From Octopus vulgaris (Eukaryota): a stretch of DNA of 64,000 nt. The stretch spans positions 78,616,001 through 78,680,000 of the forward strand of contig OX597814.1 of NCBI GenBank assembly GCA_951406725.2, in the 5' to 3' direction. The notes beneath the pieces are model-generated. The model worked only from the letters and a program-made list of their open reading frames with translations. It had not been told where the DNA came from and made no database searches. The translations under genes and the position numbers were made by a program. Of the stretch, positions 1-14,221 are shown one piece after another; the stretch's first letter is position 1, and every line of letters starts with the position of its first letter.

Positions 1-489
1 ACTTATGATCGAGATACTTGATGATCAAGTTCTTACAGATGAAAATGTTAAGGGTTTAAAAAAGAATTTCTGACAGGGAAGCAAAACTTAGAATTGTGAT
101 ACTTCAAAATCTTCATCATTATCATCATCCTCATCACTAATGTATGTTTTCCATGCTAGCAAGGGTTGGACAGTTTGACAGGAGCTGGTAAGCTGAAGAG
201 CTGCTGATGCCTTTCCTAATGCCAACCACTTTACAGAGTGCACAGGGTGCTTTGTGGCACCAACACAGGTGCATTTTACATGGCACTGGCATGTGTACTT
301 TTTATGTGGCACTAGCATCCACAAGCCTGGATGTAGGGGACGTGCCTATAGGAAAAAAGACAGAGCCCTGCTTAGCACCAGGAAAATCACCATGATCAGT
401 ATGCAGAAAAGGAGTAAAGGGGATCTTCGTATGCTGAACTCAGTGTAAACTGTAGATGTGCAACATATGCAGTTGGATCAAAGGCAGGT

Positions 490-780
490 TGGCAGAAAAG
501 ATAAGCTTTATATATGGATGAGGACAGCTGCATAAAGAAGTGATGATCTCTAATTATGGAAGGAAGCTGTGGAAGAGGTAAACCCAGGAAGATGTGATAT
601 GAGGTGGTGAAATGTGACCTTCAAGTGTTGAATCTCATGGTGTTGATGACAAATGACTGAGACTTTTGGCGATTTGCTGTGCTTGAGAAGACTCGTCAAG
701 CCAAGTGAGATCGTAGTCATGGCCAGTGCTAGTGACATGTGAAAGGGACCCATGCTAGTGACATGTAAAAGGCATCTATA
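490..780 (+). mobile_element. Degenerate RTE-clade LINE 3' fragment (ORF C-terminus plus start of 3' UTR)
   Basis: GGATGAGGACAGCTGC...GGAAGAGGTAAACCCAGGAAG...GCTGTGCTTGAGAAGAC matches the longer RTE copy at 58360-58530. Boundaries approximate. Confidence 0.7.
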
Positions 781-1649
781 CCAGTGTCTGTCTCCCATCA
801 TTACTTGACAACTGGTGTTGGTGTGTTTATGTCTCCTTAACTTAGTGGCTTGGCAAAAGAGAGCAACAGAATAAGTACCAGGCTTTAAAATGTAAGTACT
901 GTCGTTGATTCATTTGACTAAAATTTCTTCAAGCCGATGCCCCAGCATGGTTGCAGTCTAACACATAAACATATTCCCAATTTAAACAGTTTCTCATTTT
1001 ATTACCTTTCATAGTTTAGTTTCTGTATGATTTTGTCATTGCACTTCTTATATCATTCTCTTATCTCACCATCTCCTCATCTCTCACTCTCTCTCATGTA
1101 CACAAACATGCTTTCTATTCCCCTCACACATTACCGCTTACCCTCATTTAATATAAACACATTCTCTATCATTCAAATAGTAATGCTCTCTTACTTTCCC
1201 TCCAGTCATACACACACCTACACTCACACATACACACTTTCTCCTGTGTTATCTCTCTCTCTCTCTTCTCTCTGTGTCACTAAAAAATTACTCCCCAAAG
1301 AAATGATTTAGATTATGAATGACTTCCAACTGTGATAGAAAATAAAATATGTAACATTTTGCAAGAAATCTGGTTGACTGCACAAGCTGTAGAGCTAACC
1401 AAGTGATATTAGAATGTGCCACAGCCATTGTAACCACCATCAACAACATAAGCCATTGAAGTCGGCCCTATACTGACATAAAACATGTTAGAAATAGCAG
1501 CCAAATACCTTCAAATCACACTCTACTATGATAAAAATAGGGAAGGACACATAGGACAATGTAGTTTCCAGATATATAAAAAGACACTGATCATAAGTGG
1601 AGTACCTTTTATCATAGGCCTGCTCACAATCTAGGTTTTTACATTACAT

Positions 1650-2270
1650 ATCCCTTAGTCTGGCTGACTGTTGGGATACCACTGATGACTTTGCAACCAA
1701 ATCCTTCCACCCATCTCTGTCTTCTGGCTCCTGCACAGTGTCTCTCATTTTTAGGCCTGTCTACTCACAGATGTTGTTTTCCCACCTCTTTCTCTGTCTG
1801 CCTCTGCATCTGTCACCTTTGACTGTTCCCTGAAGGATTGTTTTAACCATCCCTGATGAGCAGATGACATGCCCAAACCACTTGAACTTGTGTTTCTTTA
1901 CTTTGGTAAAAAGTTCCACATAGGGCCCTATTGCCTGCCTTATTCTTCTTTTCATTTCCTCATTTGGGGCATGATCTCTGTATGATATTCCCCAAATTCT
2001 GAAACATTTCATCTCTGTAGCCTGGATTCTTCTTGATTTCTGCAGTCAATGTTCATGTCTCACAGGTGTACAGGAATATTGAGGTCACTAGTGATCTCAT
2101 TAGCTTAATTTTGGAGCTCAGTGAGATATTTCTGCCTTTCCAGTGTTCTGAATTTGGTCATTGTTGTTGTTGTTTTGGCAATGCAGAATATCACTTCAGG
2201 CTTGGAACCTTGGTCACTCACTATCACCCCAAGATATTTGAAATATTGAACTTGTTCAAGCTCAAGCTTT
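1650..2270 (-). mobile_element. RTE-clade LINE fragment, RT C-terminal region (pseudogenised)
   Basis: ORF 1761-2012 (..GISYRDH..NEE..RRI..KFKWFGHV..KTILQGTVKG.R.RGRQRKRW..NI) is the typical RTE post-RT motif series. Confidence 0.85.
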
Positions 2271-3167
2271 ACTAGGGCTAAAAAAAACCAGACAGGATGG
2301 TCGTGGGTGAAATGCCATTAATCATAGTCCTGCTTAATCAAGGTTTATGTTAAGACAGACAAGATGGTTATGGTTAGAAAGTTTCTTCATCATAAATCTG
2401 TTTATTTGGAGCTGACAGCAACAACAATGATGATAATGAAGATGAGCCAACATGGTAGACTCTATATGGTCGTTAGACCTGCAAGAAATAGCAGTCAAAA
2501 TATCTATGTAACAACACTACTCTATATTAAAAAATGGAAGAATTCATTGATGAACATATATCTAGACACACCCTGTCTGAATACCTAGGATGGCCATAAG
2601 ATTATCTGATTTGGGTTGCCTGGGTTTAAAAATAACTACAATAATAATATCACCTCACAAAATAAAGATCTTTAATCAAGAATTGATGCATTAGAGGACC
2701 ACCTTAGTCACTGAAGCATGTGGCTTTGTCATCTTATTGTTTTGATTTAAATTGTGTTTCAGTTGGACTTGTTTGTCCCTCCAGACAAAGCAGTTGATAT
2801 GTATTACACATAACAACCATACATACTAGTCATGTACTAAATTGTGATTTATTCAACTGCATTAATCCTCTAACAATTTCTAGTCCTTTTGTGAGAATTT
2901 ATTTTATCATTATTATTATTCTTATATTAAGGTGTTGAGCTGGTAGAGTTGTTAGTATGTTGGACAAAATGTCGCCATGCATTTTGTTTGTCTTATGTTG
3001 TGAGTTCAAATTCTGTTGAGGCTGACTGCCTTTCATCTCTTCAAGGTTGATAAAATAAGTACCAGTTTAGCACTGGGATCAATATAATCAACTTAACCTA
3101 ACCTCAAAACTGCTAGCCCTGTGTCAAATTTTGAAACCTTTATTGTTGTTGTTATTATTATTATTGT

Positions 3168-3217
<50 letters not shown>

Positions 3218-3319
3218 AGACAGCAAGCTGGCAGAATCATTAGCATGCTGGGTGAAATACTTGGTAGTATTTTGTCTGTCTTCACATTCTGAGTTCATAT
3301 TGTTATTATTATTATTATT

Positions 3320-3756
3320 CAGTAGTTTTATTTTTATAGCGTGCTTTCACTTCACTACCGAGTGCAGCTCTGTGTGCCTTGGGTATGTGCTGTGATTTGT
3401 TGTGATGCTCTGATGGTTACTGTATTGACAGTGTTCTGCGTAGGATGTGTGCAGTGCCTAGTAGTGCAATTTTCTGTATGTTATATGTGTTTGTAAGTCC
3501 TGGTGTTTTTGTTATGTATTTGTCTGAATATTTTTATCATACCTAATGTGCCTACTTTGATAGGAATTGTTTCTGTTTTTAGATTCCACATTCAAGTTAC
3601 CTCTATTTCCAGGTCTTTGTATTTTGAAAGTTTCTCCATTTCTTTTAGAGACATGTTGTCATCTGCTGGTATTGATACATCAATTAGAAAGCATGTTTTT
3701 TTCTTCATGATCTCTGACAACTATATCTGCCCTATTGGCCTTAATTTCTCTATCTG
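3320..3756 (-). mobile_element. 3' end of an RLE-type non-LTR retrotransposon (R4/Dong-like) inserted in (TAA)n
   Basis: Minus-strand translation gives NRADIVVRDHEEKTCFLIDVSIP..KLSKYKDLEIE..IQKIALLGTAHILRRTL, a restriction-like endonuclease C-terminus. Both flanks are TTA repeats. Confidence 0.85.
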
Positions 3757-4010
3757 TTATTATTATGATTATTATTATTATTGAAAGTTATTCCCAACCA
3801 AACAGCAAGCAATAATCACTAGGCATGTTACGGATTACAAAAATGAAGCTGCTTAAGTAGCAAGAAATGATCATAGCAAGGTTCTAAAGAATCACAATCA
3901 TATTTACCTGGGAAACAAGAAGGGAGAGAGATTCATGTGCAAAGAAAGAACCTTCTGTTGGTTTCCAGACCATATAGAGACTGCTCTGTTGGTTCATAGA
4001 TTATATAGAG

Positions 4011-4325
4011 CAGTGGTTCTCAACCATTTTTTTTATCTATGGACCCTTTGATTAGTATTCTGTTCTTGTGGACTTTCATAGCCATTCAATGTTTAAAAAC
4101 TAGTTTTATAGATGCTTCTTTCAAAATTCCTATTTTGTTTTTACAAAATGTTTAGAGAAAGAAACCTTAGCTGTTTCTTGCAATACATACATTTAAACCA
4201 AAATTTTTTCATGGACCCTTAAAATACTACTGTGGATCCCCAATATACTATTTTGCTTACATGGACCCCCAGAAGTCTTATATGGACTCCTCAGGAGTCA
4301 CATGAACCCTGGTTGTGAACCACTG
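4011..4325. mobile_element. hAT-type MITE
   Basis: TIRs CAGTGGTTCTCAACC / GGTTGTGAACCACTG with a perfect 8-bp TSD ATATAGAG (4003-4010, 4326-4333). A fragment of the same family lies near 36985-37090. Confidence 0.9.
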
Positions 4326-5339
4326 ATATAGAGACTGCTCTGCTGGCTCACAAAAGCTCTCTTTATCAGCTAGAATAGTTGATTGAATTGAATCCAAGCA
4401 CAAAACAAAATGCTGCTTCCTTCTTCTGGAACTTTATGTTCTGGGTACAAATGCCATTAAGGTCAGTTTTGCTTTTCCTTCTTCTGAGGTCATTAAAATA
4501 AAGTACTAGTCCAGAGTGGAATAGTTAGAATATCATACGAAATGCCTTTGTGGTATTTGTTTTGGCTATGTGGCCTGACAGGTTAAATGAACTTGTCAGT
4601 ATCTAGCCAATGAGATGATATCTTCTTTTATCTTTTATTTATTTCAATCCTTGGACTGCTTCCATGCTAGGGCATTGACCACCTTGAAGGGTTTAAGTAA
4701 AAAAATCAACACTAGTACTCACTTTTTAAGTCTAGTGCTTATTCTATCAGCCATTTTTACTCAACTACTAGATAATGATGATGATGATGATATATAAACA
4801 TGATGGGCTTCTTTCTCTTTCTGTCTACCAAATCCACTCACAAGGCTTTGATTGGTCTGGGGCTATAGTAGAAGACACTTGCCCAAGGTGCCACATAGTG
4901 GGTCTGAAACCAGTATGCTATGTGTGTGGCTGTGAAAGTAAACTTGTTACCACACAGCCATGCCTGTGCCTTTCTTGTAAACAAGACTGACATGAAGGCA
5001 ACAGGACACCACAGAAATTCCATGAGAAGCACATGGTGGCTGTCAAAAAATTCCCCAGGGGTTCATTTGTCAATCTGATGGTATAGAAAGAAAGACATTA
5101 CTGGTCTTGATATTACTGACATTGTAACAATGAATGTAAAAACTGCTACTCCACAGCTATTCATGGGAGATTAAGACTAATTACATATGTTGCTTCAAAA
5201 ACACAGTTTTATAAAGAAGAGATACAGTTAATCTAATTGACCCTACTACTGTGTTAACAGTAGCTATTCTTTTATTAAGTTGACAGCAATTAAAGACTAA
5301 GCTGACTCAGTGGATTCCAACTAAACATAACCATTTAGT

Positions 5340-5541
5340 AAATAATAATAATAATAATGATGATGATGATGGTGATAATAATAATAATAATAACAATAAT
5401 AATAATAATAATGATAATAATAATAATAATAATAAAAATGATAATGATGATAATAATAATAATAAAAATAATAATTATAATAATAATAATGATAATAATA
5501 ATAATAATAATGATGATAATAATAATAGTAGTAGTAGTAGT
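5340..5541. repeat. (AAT/GAT/AGT)n trinucleotide microsatellite
   Basis: Direct reading. It produces the poly-I/poly-Y ORF artefacts. Confidence 0.95.
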
Positions 5542-6476
5542 AAAAGTACACAACTAAATACCAAGTCTGTCATGCATTGCTACTGACAAAAGATTAATAT
5601 TGATTGTTAAACATTTAAGTATTGATTTCTATCTAACACAACAGAAGATTAATATTAAAAAGAAAAAAAAAAATTAATCAGATAACTTTTTTCCTATTTC
5701 CATTATATTTTATAGCAATGAATTTTACAAAAGCAAAACAAAAACAAATAATTTTTTTCAAATTTAAAAGATTTCACTCATTATTTCACTTTTTCATGGA
5801 TTTTGAATTTGTTTGTTGTTTTTCCTCCTCTCTTTTCTTTCTGGCTAAAGATATTTTATTGTCTTTATCTGTAATGCTTTTAATTACTTCATGAAATACT
5901 TATTTTTATTACATATTCATAAATAGGTGGACAGAATAAATTGTTAGTTGGTTTCTTAGCTGAAGAGTTGTAAGAAGTTCTAATTCCACTTTCCTGACCA
6001 ATGTACTGAACATCTGGCCACAAAACACAACCTCAGGAAACTCGCCCAGCCTTGTAAAGCATACATAAAATGATAACGATAATCATTATCCTCCTAATCA
6101 TCAATTAATGTCTGCATTCCATGCTAGCATGGGTTGGATGGTTTGAGAGGCTCTGGTGAGCTGCAAGGCTGTATTGGGCTCTATTAGCAGTTTTAGCATG
6201 GTTTCTATGGCTGAATGTCCTCCCTAATACCAACCACTTTACAGAGTGTATTGGCTGGCTCCTTTTTTATTTTAATTTTTGGTGCCATTGGCACTAGTGA
6301 GGTTACCAAGTAACTTGTGAGGCAGAAGAATGTGGAGAAGGAGAGGAAAAAAATTTCCACTATTAGATGGGGAGTATTTGAGAGAAGGTAGCTTTATGCT
6401 GGATGCTGAAAGGCTAAAGTAAGATAGAAGGACAAGCACAGGTGTCTTGTTATATAGGAAATACATGGCTGCCCCT

Positions 6477-6520
<44 letters not shown>

Positions 6521-7339
6521 AGAAGGGTGAAAGAAAGATCAAATCTATAATTTTGAATGTCATGTCCTTTAGAAATTATTGTTTACCATAACACATATAT
6601 ACACACACATGCATATTACATGTATACACACACACACACTGAGGTGAAATATTCCTCTTGTACCAACTGGAGATTGCTCTCCAGTGAGGAGTCACAGCTC
6701 AAGTATACTTGTCATGATCTTGTAATATATTTTCTGTGAATTATGCAAGCATTATTTTCAATATTTCAAGATTATTTGACAACACTCCCAAATTCTCAGG
6801 CTTCTTGTGGTTTGAATGATTTGAGAAATAGTGGAAAGGATTTTGTAAAGATATGGAATAATAATTGCTGTCCACTAAGAAGCTTGAAGTAATAGAAAAT
6901 TGGTCAAATTGAAGAATAATATAATATAAAACAAGTATACACATACATAATTGATACACAATTAGATATATAATATATACAATAATATACATAATAAATG
7001 TATAATATAAATATGCCTATGTTTATATACTGACCCCACATACTTCACTGGATGTGGTGGAGATTACTCTCTCAAAGCACCAGGTGTTAAAACACATGAA
7101 AGTCATGAACAGGTGGGACATTTCACCTTGAATCCCATTCAGGGGTGATGGGCTTTGATGTTTTGCTATTTTTGAGGCTTATCAACATCACGTACCTGAG
7201 TCGATTTAGAGGTGAATAGACTGCCAGTCTATGATTTATATGCAAGTAGTGTGAAAACTATATGGCATGCCTGGACAATGTATATGTAAGAATAAATTCA
7301 AATATGAAATTTCTTCGAGAATTATATAATTTTGATTAA

Positions 7340-8651
7340 TATCTAGTTTAACAATTGGCCACCAAAACAAAAAAAAGTGTAATAGGTGTAAAAAAAATGT
7401 GTAGCAAATGAATCTGAAAACCAAAATTTACACAAATGAACTGGAGGGTGGCGAGAGGACTTTCTGAAAATTCACATGATCTGATTTTTTCCCTCATAAC
7501 TTTCAGGAAAAAAAGGGTATCTTTTAATGAAATTTTATATAAATACCTTTCTAATGGCATTGATTAGAATTATAAAGAAATTTGTGGAGAAAAATTTTTT
7601 TCTGGGGGTGGGGAGAGGAGTTTCAGGGAAACGGAGTTTCGGATCAAGAAAACCACATAAGCTGAAATTTTTCCATTTTGATGGGGATTTTTCCAATTGT
7701 TTTTCACCACAGCCTTCGAAAAGATGGGGAGCATCTTTTTATGAAAAAACAGTTTGGAAAATTTATGATTTTTTTACTGTCCTTCCCACTTAATGATGAT
7801 ACCAATAGACCACATGTGTGCTCCATTAGTAGGATATAAGCATTAAAAAAATGGTAATTAAAATTTTTACCCCCACCTTAATTAAGCATGGCCATGTGTG
7901 TGTAAGAAAAAAATACATTTTCTAGCAGAAAAGTATGCTATTAAAATTTAATTATTTTTCACATACCTATTTTTTAAAAAATCACTGTGGATAAATGCCA
8001 GAAATGACCTCAGGCTCTCCAATATTTTAAATTATAAACAGAAACAATTTGGGGCGGGGAGTAGAGTTTAAAAAAAAATCATAAATTTTCAAATTTTTTT
8101 TATAGTGTTGATGGGGAGAAAAAATATTGAAAAACATCATTACATGCAAGAGTGAAAAAGAAACAAGGAAGGTTGACTTGGGATGTGCTAGAAACGACAG
8201 CCAAATTTCCCTTAAATCACACTTTTTCTTCTGAAAATATTTACAATTTTTTTTTTTCTACTGAAAGGCTCCTCCCATAATTTTTAAGTGCAAAACATTG
8301 GCCAAAATCGGTCCGGACGGTTGATGGGGGAGTAACAAAAACGAACTTATGTGGTCTTCCTGATCCGAAACTCCTCTCCCCACCCCCGGAAAAAAGTTTC
8401 CTCACAAATTTCTTTATAATAGTATTCTATGCCGTTTGAAAGGTATTTACACAAAAGTTCATTAAAAGATATTCATTTTCCTGAAAGTTACGAGTGAAAA
8501 AACTGGGTCGTGTGAATTTTCCGAATGTCCTCCCCCTCCCCCCCCTAGTTCGTTTGTGCAAATTTTGATTTTCAGATTTATTTACTACACATTTTTTTTA
8601 CACCTATTACACTATTTTTTTTGTTTTGGTGGCCGGGTGTTAAACTAGATA
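7340..8651. mobile_element. Non-autonomous DNA transposon with long (~320 bp) terminal inverted repeats and TTAA on both sides
   Basis: TTAA|TATCTAGTTTAAC...GTTAAACTAGATA|TTAA. 7340-7662 is the imperfect reverse complement of 8345-8651. No ORF. Confidence 0.8.
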
Positions 8652-9781
8652 TTAACCATAATTTTTTAAGTGTTAATTGATTCTGCTAATTCAGTTTTGA
8701 ATCTCAGCTGGAATCAGTTTCTACGTATCACTTCGTTAAAGACACTGAAAAACGAAACGAACGGTTACAATATTGAAAACGTGATTTTTCTTACAAACTT
8801 AAGCTTTCGTTCATATAGGAGAAATAAGTCAGAAAGAGTTATCTCCCTTACACCCTATATACACGCTAAGTCATTCACGTATACTTAAATATAAATACAT
8901 AGGATCGCAGGGAGGCATGCACGTGCACACACGCAGGGGCGCGCGCACACACACACAGGTACGCATGTCTGCACACACATGCAAACATATAGGACGGACG
9001 CATGCACACACACACACAAAAATACATGGGTACGCGTACACACATACATACACTCACATTTCTTCTTCACTTAAAACAGCTTCCGTTGGTGTGCAGGTTG
9101 AGTATGTGCTGAGCAAAATACGAATCTTGTTGCAATTCCAGGTGTTTAGCTTGCTTTATCTTTTAATCATTCACTTGATTCTGGAGCATCACCTTGAAGA
9201 ATTTCAGTTGAAGAAGTCTATCTCAGAACTTATTTTTTAAGTTTGCTACTTGCTTCTATCAGTTTCTTTTGCCAGGCCAGTACGTTATAGGGCCATACAC
9301 AAACCAGCACCGGTTGTCCAACAGTCGTTGGAGGAGTGCACTGACACAAACACAAAGACACACACAAATATTTACACGTTGGGTTTCCACAAAGTTTCCA
9401 CCAACCAAATTCATTCACAAAACATTGATCGACATGGAGTTATAGTAGTAGACATTTTGCCCAAGGTGCCATGCAGTGAGATTGAACTCAAAACCACATG
9501 GTTGCAAAGTAAGTTTCTTAACCACACTGTCATGCCCGTGCCAACATACTTATAAAATTGATGAACATAACATGTTCTTGGATACCTGTCTATAAATCCA
9601 AGGCCTTGTTTCTCAATAGGTAATCAATATTGAAGAATGGTGTCGAACTGGCAGAATCATTAGCATGCTGGGCAAAATGCTTAGTAAGCATTTCACCCGT
9701 CTTTACATTATGAGTTCAAATGCTGCGAGGTTGATTTTGCTTTTCATTCTTTTGGAGTCGATAAAATAAGTCGATAAATAA

Positions 9782-10032
9782 GCACGTAAAATACACCAAT
9801 CCGACCGTGGCCGTTGCCAGCCTCGCCTGGCACCTGTGCAGGTGGCACGTAAAAAGCACCCACTGCACTCACGGAGTGGTTGGTGTTAGGAAGGGCATCC
9901 AGCTGTAGAAACATTGCCAGATAAGACTGGAGCCTGGTGCAGCCTTCTGGCTTCCCAGATCCCCGGTCGAACAGTCCAACCCATGCTAGCATGGAGAACG
10001 GACGTTAAACGATGATGATGATGATGATGATG
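9782..10032 (+). mobile_element. 5'-truncated RTE 3'-UTR copy with (GAT)n tail, nested in a core-domain SINE
   Basis: GGCACGTAAAAAGCACCC...GGAAGGGCATCCAGCTGTAGAAAC...GGACGTTAAACGATGATG. It interrupts the SINE at ~9640-10105 within GTCGATAAAATAAG..GAGTACTG. Confidence 0.8.
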
Positions 10033-10510
10033 AGTACTGAGATCGATGTAACTGACTGACTCACTCCACCAAAACTGCTGGCCTTGTGCCAACATTTGAA
10101 ACCAATATTAATATTGAAGAAGGAAACAAGACGAAACAAAACACAACTCTGACTTCTTTTAGGAGGAAAATGTTTAGCTTGTATTCATGTAAATAATGAC
10201 AATGATAAGCGATGAGAATGGCAATGATGACTGCATGTTCATAGAAGTATACTTTTTTATAGCCTGGCATGTGTATACAATTGTTCTTACTTTGTGGAAA
10301 CCTATTCATAGCTAGGTGGACTGATCAACTTTTGGGAGAAAATTTCAGTAAAGACTCCTGCAATTTTGGTTACTTCTCAGCTACCTAATATATATGGTCA
10401 AATTTATAACCTGCTTGGTGAAAGTAGTAGAGTGCTTACTAGGCAAGCAAGAGATATGTTGTTCGACTACAATTGGTTGAAAGCTTCCATTACCTCTGGC
10501 ACCTAATTAA

Positions 10511-10730
10511 CCCTTTTGTTACTGTATTTATTTTGAGATGTTCTGTGTTTCTTTCAATTACTTTAAATATAATAAAGAATTTAGTAAAATAACTTGGTTA
10601 TCATTCAGCTAGTGTTAAGAACATAAATTGCGACTAAGGTTTGGTGGAAAATTTTAATTCAAAACTTATGAAAACAAGACATTTATACTCAGAGTCAGAG
10701 TCGGTTTCTGCCAGGTTAGTAATGAAAGGG
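10511..10730. mobile_element. piggyBac-type MITE
   Basis: TTAA|CCCTTTTGTTACT...AGTAATGAAAGGG|TTAA: CCC/GGG termini with a TTAA TSD. Confidence 0.85.
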
Positions 10731-11379
10731 TTAAGTAGTGAAAGTTTGTATTCCAAAATCATAATGACTACAGTAAGAATTACCAGAGTGAAAGGTAGAT
10801 CGTATGATGTTTGTATAGAAAGTGTGATACATCAAGGTAGTGAGACATGTGGGAGATTTGCAATGGTTAGAAAGAAATGAACTCAGCATGTTCAACATGC
10901 ATAATTTGGGCATCAGTCTCCCTTCTGTTTGTATTTTCAGTTACACTGTCTTCAGTGTAACAAGCATAATATTAGAATCTATGAACAACAGAACATCAAT
11001 TAGTTGAGAGAAGAGCTGAATATAAGAGAGCAACGTAAAAGTTATAAGAAAATAAGGTGTAATGTGCAATATGTTGTGAGATAGTGATTCTTTGTAGAGG
11101 ATGTCACTTGATATGGATGGAACCTGTAGAAGATATGGAATGAAATGATGAAAACTAACTTCAAGAAACTGAACCTCAGAAAGTGAATAACAAAGGATAG
11201 ACAAGTGACAACATGTAACACTGATGTAAGCATTTTATGTATGTGTGTGTGTGTGTGTGTGTACCTTGAGCATGATACATGTGTATGTGTACATGATCAT
11301 CAGTTTTATGTACACGTCCAAGCTTACTAGGGTTAGATGCATTTTTTCTAACATAGCACCTCAGCATCTCTCACATTTA

Positions 11380-11830
11380 TTTGTCATCTCTTTTGTGAAG
11401 TTCAGCATCCTTAGAGATGTTTTTACTACTTTTTCCTTGTGTCTTCCATAGGATTGCTCTTCCTCACTTTCTTCCACCTGGATCCCCTGGCACCACTTAC
11501 CCATCTGTTATCATCCATATGCATTACACAACCATAGCAATGCAGTCATCAGTCTTGCACACTACATTTAATTCCACTCATCCTCACCTTAACTCTTAGC
11601 TCATCTGTACCACACTGTTCATGCACATTAACATTACACAACCAGTGGAGCATGTTTGCTTCATTTCTCTCCAGTCTTTGCACAACCTTTGCATGCAATG
11701 CTCAGGTTTCACAGAATGCAAGATACCTTTTGTTTAAAAAGAGAGAATCCCTTTGTTGCCAACTGTTGATAACTTTTAGAACATTTTTACTTTGTTGATC
11801 TGGTTATTACATTTTTAGAGCACCACACAC
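11380..11830 (-). mobile_element. Old RTE LINE fragment
   Basis: Similar to 18545-19150 and to the reverse complement of 58050-58480 (..CTTCCTCACTTTCTTCCACC..CCCTTTGTTGCCAAC). Confidence 0.55.
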
Positions 11831-12630
11831 ATTCTCTCTCCCTCTCTTTCACACTATGATAATAATATACGCGCATATGAATATGTGTGTGTGTGTGTAT
11901 CTTTTATCTTTGGTCGTTTACTAATTTCAGTCATTAGACTGTGGCCATGCTGGGGCACTGCCTTGAATTTTTTAGTCAAATGAATAATCCACAGTATTTA
12001 TTTTTTAAGCCTGGTACTTATTCTATCAGTCTCCTTTGCTTTGATAAACTGCTAAGTTACGGGGATGTAAACACACCAACACTGATTGACAAGTGGTGGT
12101 GGTGGGACAAACATAGACAGAAAGACACACACACACACACACATACATATATATGATGAACTTCTTTCAGTTTCAGTCTACCAAATCTACTTACAAGACT
12201 TTGGTTGGCCCAAGGTTATATAATAGAAGACACTTGTTGAAGCTGCCATGCAATGGGATTGAACTTGGAACCATGTGATTGGTAAGCAAGCTTCTTACCA
12301 CACAGCCACGTTAAGTGCATATAACCTAGTGGTGCGGGTGTTGCACTAACAATCACAAGATCATGGTTTCAAATCATTCCTACACCAAGTAGTATGTTGT
12401 GTTCTTGAGCAAAACACTTCATCTCACATTGCTCTGCAATCACTTTGACATCTAACATGTGGTAAAATGTGCACCTGTTCAGGCAACGTTGATTTGATGG
12501 AGGAAGTAAGTTAATGTACAACACAAAAATTTGATCACTATAAACAAATCATTTGTGCAGGTTGTTCAGCAACAAATCGCAGAACCATCTTTCTCAGACT
12601 ACGAGAGACTACAATCATCATTGTTACATA

Positions 12631-12698
<68 letters not shown>

Positions 12699-12711
12699 TA
12701 TATATATGTAT

Positions 12712-12921
12712 AACGCCATGTTGGACTGTTAGTTCCTATAAGCATTTTTTCTCTCCTTGTTTCTCTCCGTGTTTCTTTTCTGTGTATCTTTCTGTCGAAG
12801 AGCGTAGGCTCGAAACATAAAAGACTTGTTTTATTTCTATTCCTGAGCACCATACTAATACAATTGTTTGTTTGTACTCCACCTGTCTTCGTCTTTTGTT
12901 TATTTTCGTAAACCTTCCCGT
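12712..12921 (+). mobile_element. Solo Penelope pseudo-LTR (3' end) in (TA)n, with hammerhead-like motif at 12787-12824
   Basis: Near-identical to 51160-51370, the end of the GIY-YIG Penelope copy. Confidence 0.85.
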
Positions 12922-13058
12922 TATATATATATATATATATATATAAAACTACACACACATATATATACACATATATACACACACACACATATATATATAT
13001 ACATACACACACATATATATATATATATAAAATTACACACACATATATATACACATAT

Positions 13059-13089
<31 letters not shown>

Positions 13090-13159
13090 CACACACACAC
13101 ACATATATATATATAAAACTACACATAAGATATATATATCTTTATACATGTGTGAGTGA

Positions 13160-13460
13160 AGGTGCATGGCTCAGTGGTTAGAGTGTCAGGCTCACAATCA
13201 TGAGGTAGTGAGTTCGATTCCTGGACCAGGCTGTGTTGTGTTCTTGAGCAAAACACTTTATTTCACATTACTTCAGTTCATTCATCTGTAGAAATGAGTT
13301 GCAACATCACAGCCAAGATGCATTGGCCTTGCCTTTTACTTGGATAACAACAGTGGCATGGAGAGGAAGGCTGGTATGCATGGGCAACTGCTGGTCTTGC
13401 ATAAACAACCATGCCTTTCTAAGTGCAATCCCATGGTCATTCATGACTGAAGGGGGTTTT
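13160..13460 (+). mobile_element. tRNA-derived SINE (third family; related copy ~12320-12620)
   Basis: A box TGGCTCAGTGG and B box GAGTTCGATTCC, followed by TTGTGTTCTTGAGCAAAACACTT. Confidence 0.75.
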
Positions 13461-14126
13461 TACTCATTTTTTATACGTATGTGTACATGTTTGTGTGTAT
13501 TGTACAAAATTCATTTCGATAGATTTTAATTTGGTTTTTCTCTCTGTGTATTGAGTACCCTCAACAGTAATTGTTTTGTTGTTTTGTTATTCTCAAAATT
13601 GTTTAAAAATAATAATCTTAATTAAACACACAGAATCCACATCCTCTGATGGAAAACATCAAGAATAAGAAAAGAGAGATTGATGCTTGTAGGATGGCTA
13701 AGGAATGATAAATGGATGCTTAATATATTGCATATATGTCGCATATAAAGTGTGATGAAAGAATGTCCTGTCGTTAGGTATATGAAATGTAACGGGGTGT
13801 AGATTTAAAGGACAGGGTAGACTTCATGTACAACATTGATAGAAACTGCAAATAATAATAATAAAAACAATAATGATCATGCCAAATTTTGGCACAAGGC
13901 CAGCAATTTCGAGGGAGAGGTTAAGTCAATTACAGTGCTTGATTGGTACTTATTTTATTGACCCCAAAAGGGATGAAAAGTCAGCTTTGGCAGAATTCAG
14001 ACTCAGAATGTAAAGATGGACAAAATGCTGTTAAGCATTTTGACTAGCATGCTAACGATTCTGCAGCTCGCCACCTAAATAATAATAATGATAATAATAA
14101 TATTAAAAATAGTAATAACAATAATA

Positions 14127-14178
<52 letters not shown>

Positions 14179-14221
14179 GTTTCAAATTTTGCCACAAGGG
14201 CAACAAGTTTGGGGGAGGAGG

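Noticed and set aside
10915-11200. Strong acceptor TTCTGTTTGTATTTTCAG at 10940
   Set aside because: Downstream sequence has stops and resembles a decayed RTE 3' region; no convincing donor.
13160-13235. tRNA gene
   Set aside because: A/B boxes are present but there is no proper cloverleaf, and it continues into a SINE body.
13640-13696. Hammerhead relic CATCCT-CTGATGG..CATCAA/TTGATG..AGGATG
   Set aside because: Stem I and II-like pairing is present but GAAA is absent. Similar half motifs at ~30400, ~34795-34840 (minus), ~43215-43260 and ~53200 (minus) are too decayed to call.
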